A stretch of DNA of 64,000 nucleotides from the NCBI GenBank assembly GCA_000697335.1, contig JNEM01010494.1, positions 1-64,000 of the forward strand, given 5' to 3'. Shown in pieces: positions 53,689 through 64,000 of this stretch. A program made the translations under genes and the position numbers. How positions within the stretch are numbered: position 1 is the first letter of the stretch; each line of letters opens with the position of its first letter. A model generated the notes under the pieces. It was not told the origin of the DNA. It did no database searches and saw only the letters and a program-made list of their open reading frames with translations. The stretch comes from Conidiobolus incongruus B7586. Its lineage: Eukaryota.

Positions 53689-56600
53689 AATCTGATTTGA
53701 ACCAAAATAACTATCTCTACTTAATATAATTTTTATTTAAAGATTGAAAAATAAAATAAAAATAATTAACGTTAAAATGTATTATATATTAAGTAGAGAG
53801 ATGCTCTATTGAAAGTGTTACAAAATAAAGAGTGACTATTGGCATTATGAATGATTTAAATAGTTTGGATATTGATAAATAAAACTTTATTGGGTATATT
53901 TGATTCCATATCAATAATTTCATTGGTAGTATCGTAAGGAATTCGGGTCAATTCAAATTTGAAAATGTGGTTGATTGGATAAAATAACTATTTAACAGCT
54001 GATAATTCGAGTTTGGCTACTTTCACTCTCATTAGCTTGTGACTGCTAAACAATCAACTTCGTTTTATAGTATTTGCAGAATTATATAAACCTTTATTAT
54101 TTGATATTATAATAATACATTACTCTCAAAGTGTAAGAATTTTATATCAATCTATTATAAACATCAAAGAAATATTTTTCTAAACTTTGATATTGATAAA
54201 ATATTATCAATTACATAATACTCAATAATTGATTAATAACAATTACCAATCATATGAAATAGATTATTTTAGTAGCAAATATATAATGTTAGTCATATAT
54301 AATTTATATTTATGGATTCTTCAATTCTGACTTTGTGAACAATATTTAGAATGTTTTTAATACTATTTTGTGAACAAATCTTGATGATATAAATCAATTC
54401 AAACTTTAATAGCGATTTCGCTTGATCAATTTCGATTTGGTTACTGCTATGAAAATATAAATAATGTTTTACCTAACTGTCGCTCAAATTATTTTAATAA
54501 GAGTAATAAAAATATAAAGTAATAACGATATTTTTAAATTAGGGTTTGGTAATAATATAGTCAGTATACTATTCATTTTCTAGAATAATTGACTAAATAT
54601 CTGCTTGATTATGTTGATGTTTCACTAGTAATTAAATTCTAGTTAATGACCAGGAATTAAATATTTTTTTCTGCAAGCTGAACTCTATATTACGACAAAG
54701 TAATATCCATGTATATTATATTCACAATTGATCAAGTGTCTGAAATGCATCTTTAAGTTTAGGAAGAATAGGAAGTTAGAATAATATCGATCCGTCAATT
54801 TGATATTTAAAAAATAATAAGATCATATACATTAATTGAAATATATAGTATACAAATAAATTTAATAGATGATAACATTCGTTCAATATTAAGGAATTCT
54901 ATTATTTGAAATTAAATCATATATTAAATAATTGGTTATTTATTTATAAAGTGATATTGTTCAAAGTTATTATTAGGATACTTTCATACACTAAATGATA
55001 ATATATATAAAATGAGATAATTTAAATATTTTAAAATTACTTTCAATAATGAAAATTTGTATTAGGAATAAGCCAATTGTTTTCATTGATATTGGATAGG
55101 TTTGTAAATCTAGTAATAAGATGTCATAATAGTATATTTCCTACATTATCTGGTTCACCATTACTTTTAATTTAAATATTGTACTTATTAGGGATATAAT
55201 ATGAAATAGATATCTTAGTATCAATTTATTCAATTTTAGTTTAATCACCAAAATTATATAATATTTTAACTAATTATTCCAGTATGATGAATTTGCTTCA
55301 TAACTTCAATATATATATTGAATTTATCATTATTTAAACTTACCTATTGCAATATTAATATCCAAACTCATTTGTTCATAATATCGCATAATTATTGTAT
55401 AATCAATAATTCTATATTTTTTGTTTAATCCAGAATTTTATTAAAATTAATTTTACTATATATTTCACATATTAATAACTAAACTATTTTTTAGATTATT
55501 AATTTCAAAAAATAAATTATTATGGGATTTGAAATTGGTTTTATTAGTGGTTAGTAAATAATAGAATATGGATCGATATTGAGAGGGTTTTGATAATATA
55601 TATTTATATATATATATATATATTCAGTTGTTGAAAGATAATTAACCAAATCATTTCATGAATTATATAAAAGATTTTGATTAAACTAATTATAAATACA
55701 TTAATATAGTAGTAATTAATTAAAAATTAAAATAATACTATCTAAAAGAATTTAATCAAATATAATTTTGAAAATTATAATATAATCATAATTTATAACC
55801 AAAAAGATTATATATTTTAACTTAATGATTTTTCATAGAATTATCCTATGAGTTACAATGGTATAATAATAAATTATTATAATTGATTATTATCAGCATT
55901 TACTTCAGTAATGCAGTTATTAGAGTATATAATAATTGCATTTCTTAATGTATTGATTATAATTATGTGTTTTTACGTTGTTGGTTATAGGATATTTATA
56001 GAATTTTTAATGTTTAATGAAAATTACTATTTTAATATTGAAATCAAAACTTTTTGATTAAAATGTTTAAAATCTGATCAAATCAACATTATTCATATTT
56101 ATTACTTGGATTTTTGAATCAACTGGTGACTATTATATTCATCCAGAATATTATATTTATCTTATATCAGTAATGATAAGAAAAATTGATTTTGATAATT
56201 TACGAAGCTAAATTAAATTAATTAGACTTTGTAATTTTATATATGCTTCATTTTATTCAATGATAATTTGTAAAATTTGCAATATTTAATTTTTAATTAA
56301 CACACTACAAATAATTTATAAATCAATACATTTCTATAAGTACTTTACAATCTGATATTGATAATAAATGATAATTATTATGGGATTCAGGCATTTAATA
56401 AAGAAAAAATACATATAATCTAGAATATTCTATATTAAAAAGAAATGAGTTGAAATGAAGCCAATATATTATCAATTTGTTATATCTTTTTTCCGGTTCA
56501 AAAATAAAATAGTAAATATATTATTTGAATAAAAAATATATATGCTCAAACTTTCAAAAAGTATAAAATAAAAGATGTTTATGGTATAATAACTTATAGA

Positions 56601-56775
56601 ATACATCCTCTTTAAGAGAATATTTTTTTTAATGAATGTTATAGTCTGTTAATATTAAAAACAAATTTTATAAACTCATTATCATAGTAATAATAAAAAT
56701 AATAATATATAATCAGTTAAGTTAAATTACATAGCTTAATTAGGTCCAAATGCACCATCTAGTTTAGCCGATTAC

Positions 56776-57231
56776 TTATTGAGGAGCAGGAGCAGCCATT
56801 GATGGAGGAGGTTGAGCCATCAATTTACCAGCAACAACACTGACACCTTCGATAAGACCCAAAATGACACCACCAAAGGTTGCTGACACAAGACAATTCG
56901 TCAAACCAGCTCTACAAGCTAAAGCACCACCAGTTAAGAAGCCTGAAGCGATAGAATTCCAAGGATCCTGTTTGCCACGAATTTCCATGAGGGCACAATC
57001 AAAAGTAGAGAACAAACCACCCCAAACAGCGAAGTTACCACCTAATACGGGGGCTCTGGACTTAACAGCTGAAATGGCACCGTTGAAACGGTAGCCTGAT
57101 GGGGAGTTTTTGGCTCCTTTAAAAAAGTGCCAAACACCTCCACCAATGGCACCAATAGCGAAACCGCTACCAAAATCGGATACAATGACCCAGGGGCAAG
57201 GATGTCTAGAAGGATCTGCGTGTCTACCCAT
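56776..57231 (-). CDS. TIM17: Mitochondrial import translocase TIM17, intronless
   Basis: RHPCPWVIVSDFG, RAPVLGGNFAVWGGLFSTFDC and DPWNSIASG. Confidence 0.96.
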   Translation of the reverse strand: MGRHADPSRHPCPWVIVSDFGSGFAIGAIGGGVWHFFKGAKNSPSGYRFNGAISAVKSRAPVLGGNFAVWGGLFSTFDCALMEIRGKQDPWNSIASGFLTGGALACRAGLTNCLVSATFGGVILGLIEGVSVVAGKLMAQPPPSMAAPAPQ

Positions 57232-57344
57232 TTTTAATTAAATATATATATTACTATTTTAATGATTATTTAAATATTAGAGTTTATAAAAACATAAAGA
57301 AATAATTAATATCATTTAATATTCCCAAGCAATTCTTTCATAAA

Positions 57345-57352
57345 TTATGGGA
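57345..57352 (-). promoter_or_regulatory. TCCCATAA octamer upstream of TIM17
   Basis: ~114 bp upstream of ATG 57231, sense orientation. Confidence 0.65.
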
Positions 57353-58272
57353 TTAGTCTCATCATGCAATTAGAATTAGATTTTGATTCGGTTCAACAGT
57401 TGGATTAAAGTTGTATATTGTGAGTGATGAATGATGGATTAAATGAAACCTCCCCCAAACAAAAGTAACTCGCTCAAATTTATTATCAATGCATCACTGT
57501 ATTACTTTTAAATATATACAAATTCATTGAAATTAAGATTTAACATTATTTGCGTAATTAATCAAAATCTTTGCTTAAATACAAGTATGACATTTTAAAT
57601 AATTGAATGATTTATGATATATTTAATATATCCTTTGCTATATTAAAGTCACAAATTGATTTTGCTAAAAGATTCAACTTGTGTATTCCTTAATATATTT
57701 TATAAAAAATTAAAATTATAATATATTAATTTCAGCAATTTTTTAATTATATTAGACAACAATTTTTTTCAACATGTTTATCAGAATTTATCATGAGTTT
57801 TATCATTATGAATCAATCTAACTACTAATTATAATATTTATATAATTATATAAAATAGGTCATTATCTAATTGGTGGTTTTAAAAAATATATCAAATATA
57901 TTATTATTTAATATCAAGGATTGGCTCAATCAATATGTGCCAACTTTATATATTCCAGTAGAATTAAAGGATTAAGTATAACCCTTTCAAATCCACTTGT
58001 GACTGATCAACTAGAGATATTTAATTAAATGGCCATTATGTCAGTTGATTAGAAAATTGATGTTAGATGATTTAGATATTTAATGATATGATTTCAGATA
58101 GAAAGGGCAAGTAATGATCTTACCTAAAAAGCATTATATTTCAGCGACTTGAATTTTGTGTAGTATTGTGTTAATAAAATAAGAAAGATATTATTAAAAC
58201 TTATAATCTTATGTGTATAAATTAATTATACCCAAATGATATTGAACAAAAAATAGAATTTATTAATAATAA

Positions 58273-59900
58273 CTAAAGATTGTTTTCTTCTTGAGAAATT
58301 CTTTCTTGACATGCAGCTACTTGAGCATCCCAATTTGTATAGAAAATAATAATTAATTGACATACAGCGCATACTAATAATGCAAATGCTAAAGACCACC
58401 ATAATCCATTAATACCATGACCAAATTTAAAGGCCAAAACAGCACCTGCTGGTAATGCGAGACAATAATAGGCAAATAGATTGATGTAAGCACCCAAGTG
58501 CTGTCTACCTTGGCCTCTTAGGATACCTGATCCTACATTAGCTAATCCATCGGATACCTAAAAGTTGTATCAATATCATAATAATATAAAGAGCATTTGA
58601 TAAATCTATATTTACCTGGAAAATGGCAGCAATAGGAATCAGATTGTATACAATTTCTGCTACCTCATCATCGTCGGTAAATAGAGTAGAGAAAAATTTC
58701 CTTAAAGTCAGTAAAGTACTGAAATTAAAAGCCGCATAGATTAAACTAACTCCAAGGCAGGCAATTGCTGATAAGCGAGCACGAGCTGATTGGCCATCTC
58801 CTAATAGATTACCAATTCGATTGCTACTGGCGATGGCACCTCCCATCATGGTCATATAGAATACATTGTCTATAGACATCAATGCAGAATGGCCAGCAAG
58901 GATGGCGGTTCCCATGTAACTAGCCATAATACTAACCAATTCAAATGCCCACCATTCAGTACATACCATAATGATGCCGGGGAGCCCAAGTTTCCAAATT
59001 GTCCACCAACCCTTGAAGGCTTGCATACTCCAACCACCCCAAGATTTTTTACCATCAATGAAATGAATATAAGCGATAAAAAAAATCATGATAATCCAAT
59101 ATGTTATAGAAATTGAAATGGGTGCACCAATAAACCCCAAAGAAGTAGAGGGCTTCAAAACTAAAACGTAATTACAGGCAACGCTGATAGGTAATACAGC
59201 TAACATAATATAAGTTGAAGCGTGCATATTTCCTAAATTGCTATTAAGTATTCCCAAACTTATATATGATGTTAATAATTTTACCTTGAGCTTGTAAGAA
59301 TTTTTTCAAACATTCGATAACAATATTAGGAAAAGCACTAGGTAATAACCATCGTAAATAAATACCGCAGTTATGGGCCAATTCGGTATCTATCTGTAGT
59401 AACAATAATATACTTTCTGCATTTAACCAAAGAATCCCAATTGGAATGAATACAAAACAAGTGATCAAAATTCCTCTTTGGGTATATATTCCAACTAAAT
59501 GAGGATTATCCGAGCTTGTATATGCTTGACTGCAAAGAGTATCTAATGCGGTAGCGAGACCATTTGTTACTGACCAACCTGTAACCACAGCAAACATATT
59601 GGCTAAAGCTGAGGAAGCTAATTCTAAGGAACCCTAAAAAATTAATCATATATGCAAATTAAAAATATTAAATTCAAAACTTACTAATCGACCTAAGCAA
59701 TAAACCGATACTAAAGGAATTAGCATTTGTATCGCATAAGCAAAAATAACGGGGAAACCCAAGCGAAATACTGTTATAAATTCACTTGTAAATACATTTA
59801 TACTTGAGGAAAAATGAATCTGACTCGGATTGACGGGAGCAGGATTGTCAGCATGATTAGGCTTAGGTAACAATGGAGTACGCTGATGTGGTGTATCCAT
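58273..59900 (-). CDS. MATE family efflux transporter (4 exons)
   Basis: GLATALDTLCSQAY, CTEWWAFE, RIGNLLG and GILRGQGRQ; intron phases are consistent. Confidence 0.93.
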
Positions 59901-61246
59901 TTAAACAATTAATTATGTCAATTAAAATTATATTATTATTATTATTTTATATATATATATATTTCTATCAAAATTGAAAAAGATGAATTTGGTGTATTTA
60001 ATATTTAACATGATCACAATTTATACTCAAGCAAAAAATGAATTCAGATTTTATCAATAATTCGTTTTAAAGCCAAGGTTGTTCCAAATAGAATGTCAAT
60101 ATGGCCAAATCAAGTAATTTTTGGCCTGAATTCCTTTTTGAATTATCAAAATTAATACTAACCCTTAAAAGGAAATTTCTACTGAAAATTGGACCAAATG
60201 AAGTATTGGTGTAATTGTGCTTGGAAGTTTTGTTAAAATATCATAAAATTGCTAATTATTTTTGTATTAATATTGATATAGAGACTTATCATTCACAATG
60301 ATTGGTTAAAATAAGTGTATTTTGGTAGATTCTATAAATTAAATGTTAATATTATTATTTTAACCATTATATTGAGTATTTTTAATTCTATCACAAATCA
60401 ATAAAATTTTAGTCTAGAAAAATCCTAATACTAGAAAATAATTGTGTTTATTTCAAACTGATAATATGTTATTTATTTAATAATGAATACTTCATACATC
60501 CATTTATTTCATACAATGTAATCTAGCATAACTCTAAAAAATAGCTTATTTTTTCTTGATAGAAATCTCATCTATGATCTGTGATTAGGTATACTAATTG
60601 CGTTTTTAGTCAAAAATACAACTGATAAAAATCAGTGCTGGTATGATAATTTGAAGCGTTAATCGAATTAAAAATATAGGAATAATCTTTGTTCTTGTAA
60701 TAACACTGATTAACTATCCTCTCTGTAATAATTTTATACTTGGATCAGATTCAATTGCACCTTTATAGATTCAAATTGTGACGAAATTTATATTGATTTT
60801 TTCAATTGTCAAGAATTTGTTGAATAAAATTAGAGCATTAAACAGCATTTCAGCCAAAATGAGTCAAAGATTTATTTAAAGAGAAAATAAATCAAAATAA
60901 AAAATAATTATCATCCTAGTTAAATATATAATTAATTTTATCAAATAGTAATTATATAGTAATATTCTTTGGTATTATATAAATTTTAGTGAATATTATT
61001 CAAGGGTCTTGATTATTGAAATCAACCAATCAAATCAATGGAATTACCTTCACCAGAATATTTTTGAATATCAAACAATTCAATGATATTTAATGAATAT
61101 GGGAATAAAAATTCAAATCTCAAGAGAGTACTTTATTTAATGACATAAACTTAAAGTAACAAATAAACCAGGAATAACATTTTATTAAAACTACAATTAA
61201 TTATATATATATATATAATCTCCGGGTGTTTTATAGAATACAACAC

Positions 61247-61780
61247 TTAAACGAAAGACCAAGTCCAACTAAACCAACTAATATAAGCCAATAAGATTAG
61301 CATACATGTGAGAGGACCTTCTAATAGTACGCCTTTGGGTAAGTAAGGAAAATTCAGTATCCAGCAAATCGCAACACCCATCCAACCCAAAGCAATAGTA
61401 GCACTGAGATTCTCTTGAACACTAGTTAAATTCCCATTAGGAAAATAATAATTGATTAAGATATTATTGGTCAAATGGGTATCACTCAGTATAAATCCAA
61501 AACTAAAGGATACTAGGGAGATAATGAGATGAAAGTGGTGAATTAAACTAAATTGCATATTTTTAGCATACTCCAAATTGTCTGAATGGTGTAATTGGCC
61601 AAGTAATAGAGAATAAATTAGGTAGAAGGCAATCGATATTAAACTCTGAAACTGTCTATTGCTCTGCTCCCATGTCGTGTACCACTCCTGTGTCTTGATA
61701 AACTGGGAGATTGGGTGATATTCAGCTGTTAATAAGTTGTTATAATATAAATTATCCTCTCTTTCTAATATTTCATCCAT
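61247..61780 (-). CDS. Hypothetical multi-pass membrane protein (3' end uncertain)
   Basis: 177-aa ATG-initiated ORF with several hydrophobic segments; no family recognised. Confidence 0.45.
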   Translation of the reverse strand: MDEILEREDNLYYNNLLTAEYHPISQFIKTQEWYTTWEQSNRQFQSLISIAFYLIYSLLLGQLHHSDNLEYAKNMQFSLIHHFHLIISLVSFSFGFILSDTHLTNNILINYYFPNGNLTSVQENLSATIALGWMGVAICWILNFPYLPKGVLLEGPLTCMLILLAYISWFSWTWSFV

Positions 61781-62180
61781 ATTTCAATTTTAATAAATAA
61801 ATTTTAATTAAAATTAACCATTTCAATTTGGATTTATATTAAAGTAAATTTTGCCAAATAATGAATGGGATTAATTGAAATCATCATTAAATCATCAAAC
61901 ATTCTCATTTTCACTAAGGTCATTTTAAAACCATGATTTTGTAAATCAATCCTAACTATTTATGAATTTAAAGTTATTTTGATGTCACAAATCATTATTT
62001 TAATTCAAATATTTTCAATATCGTCATTATAAGTAATATAGAAGTAAACTGGTAACAACTATGTCAATTTGAGAAAAATCTATATTGTATAAAATTTTTC
62101 TCAAGTGACTGTTTATAAACAGAACAATTTTTATTTTAAAGAATTGTAATAATATTAAAAACTAAATTTTATATAATGTA

Positions 62181-62565
62181 TCAAGGTTGATAAATAATCA
62201 GATATAATACAACACAATAGCCTATTAATGTAGAAATACTTGTAATTAAAACGAAAGTTCCTGAGGTCATAAATACATCAGGGTTTGGATTTTTAGGATT
62301 AGGATTAATTGCTTTCCTTCTGAAGTAGTCAACTCCAAGTAATATTAATCCTAATATAATAAAAACAATAGATATATTTAAAAATTTGAGTTGGAATAAT
62401 TTAATAAGTGCTAAACTGGCCCCTATTAAGCTAATCGAAGTTCTCCAATATGCTCCATCTAGTGTTCTCTCTCTAGCTACCATATAAAACTTAGCATACA
62501 GTTAATATTATAAATATATCATTAATACCTCTAATATCTAATAATTCATTCTCTCTTAATTCCAT
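62181..62565 (-). CDS. DUF202-family small membrane protein (2 exons; alternative in-frame ATG at 62610)
   Basis: ELLDIR|ARERTLDGAYWRT followed by three hydrophobic helices. Confidence 0.75.
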
Positions 62566-62640
62566 ATCTTGTGTAATTATGATAAAGCAAAATGACTTAA
62601 TTAAAATCATACATAATTCTATATAATTTAATCGAAATAA

Positions 62641-62648
62641 TTATGGGA
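62641..62648 (-). promoter_or_regulatory. TCCCATAA octamer upstream of DUF202 gene
   Basis: ~76 bp upstream of ATG 62565, sense orientation. Confidence 0.6.
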
Positions 62649-62735
62649 TGGCTATTCTTTATTTAATATGGTTTATTTTTAAAATTGAATCAAAATATAA
62701 AAAATTAGTTTATTTTTAAATATATTAATGACAAA

Positions 62736-64000
62736 TTATTGATGATTAATTTGACCGTTAAAGGTGTGATCTTTTCCATTGGCCTTGAAATTCAAAATAT
62801 ATTTATATCTAGGATTAGTTGCCTAAATCATACCAAATCAATATACTATACATATCAAACTGTGATGAGCTAATTTACTTGAGTAGGGTATTGTAACTCA
62901 ACTGGAAGCGTAGCTTGTCCAACCTGAGGTAATAAGAAATTGGAGCTGAAGCTTGACATAGATACTTTCACACTCTATTAAATTTATGATAATGTTAATA
63001 TAAAATTGATAATTAACTATTAAATAACATTACTTTTGGTACAGCAACTTTGAAATCTAAATCTTCAATTTTGAATTTGCTTTGATTTTGGAATACAAAT
63101 TGTAAATAAGCTCGATCTGAATCCAAAAAAACTTGGCAAGTGACTTGAATCAATTCATTGCTCAAAATTTGTGCTGATATTTTAATTATTATTAGTAAAA
63201 ATATTAATTATACACTATTTAACATTACCTGATGATGATGAAGCTAAATATCATAATCAAAATGTCATATTAGTCAATGCAATATATTAAAATAGATCAT
63301 TTTTATATACTTGTAGATAATGAAGCTGGGGCTGAGGTATCAATGGAAGTATTAGGAGAAACATCAAAATTGGAATTATTTCCACTTAGTAAATCTAAAA
63401 AAAATTAATATTGATAAATTGAAATAGCTAGTTTGATTTTACCTAACCCTGAGAATTGAGAATTGTTAGAAATTACCGACAGAGGAGTTGGCGAGGCTGA
63501 TGTAATTGAATTAATTGATGAATGCGATGGTATTGATAGATTAAAATACCTCTTTGTGGTACAGGTGAGTTAGAATTAGATGACTCTAATTGGATGGGTT
63601 CTGAAATGATAGGGTTAATTTACTTATAAAAATTATTTAGCTAAACTTACTGAATCCAGGCAATAAGTTATCCTATATAATATAAAGTTAGTGTTAATTC
63701 ATAATTGTTGAACTTCAAGATTACCTCAAATGTTAATCCAGCGAGTGAATCAAGTAAGTTTTCTGATAATCAATTTTGGTTAATATAGAGTTCAATTTGC
63801 AAAAAATACAATTTCTACCATTTGATTGGGTGGCGTTGGAACTTTCATTCTGATTGCTTTCTCCCAAATCAAGGTCAATCAATGAAACTTCGGATTTGGA
63901 TTGAGTTGCAGTGGATTTTTTAGGTTCGGAATTTCTAAAAAAAATTAATATATATTAATCAAATTGTGGAGGTATTACCTTTCTCCAGAAACAGTTCTAT
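62736..64000 (-). CDS. 3' part of GGA-like (or gamma-adaptin) clathrin adaptor: hinge plus GAE ear; continues beyond window
   Basis: Clathrin-box-like SLIDLD, LLDSLAGLTF and ear motif FQNKSKFKIEDLDFKVAVPKS; stop at 62736-62738. Confidence 0.7.

Noticed and set aside
54731..54741. GATCAAGTGT resembling U2 snRNA
   Set aside because: The match stops before GTAGTA and there is no flanking U2 structure.

Overview
Very AT-rich eukaryotic genomic DNA with many short (~50-70 nt) GT-AG introns. The gene content points to an early-diverging fungus, possibly Zoopagomycota/Entomophthorales-like (inference only). About 22 protein-coding loci were reconstructed by hand: bL33m, BLOC1S2, two pirins, bystin/ENP1, a mitochondrial ABCB half-transporter, RRG9/neugrin, a CANIN (SLF2/Nse6-like) protein, ARG7, pinin, an inositol 5-phosphatase, IRC5/HELLS, a thioredoxin-SHP-UBX fusion, PuuE allantoinase, a UBA-UAS-UBX adaptor, PEX5, PDK, TIM17, a MATE transporter, a hypothetical membrane protein, a DUF202 protein and the 3' end of a GGA-like adaptor. 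There is also a pirin pseudogene, a broken LAS1 and two LTR-like relics. Most interesting: (1) a PDK gene whose frame appears to need a single-nucleotide exon; (2) an oriented promoter octamer TCCCATAA about 75-130 bp upstream of 10 start codons; (3) a WCGPC thioredoxin fused to Cdc48/p97-binding SHP and UBX modules; (4) a start codon split by an intron (A|TG); (5) a GC-richer, self-complementary intergenic segment that may be a structured ncRNA. All gene models were read by eye with no RNA or database support.
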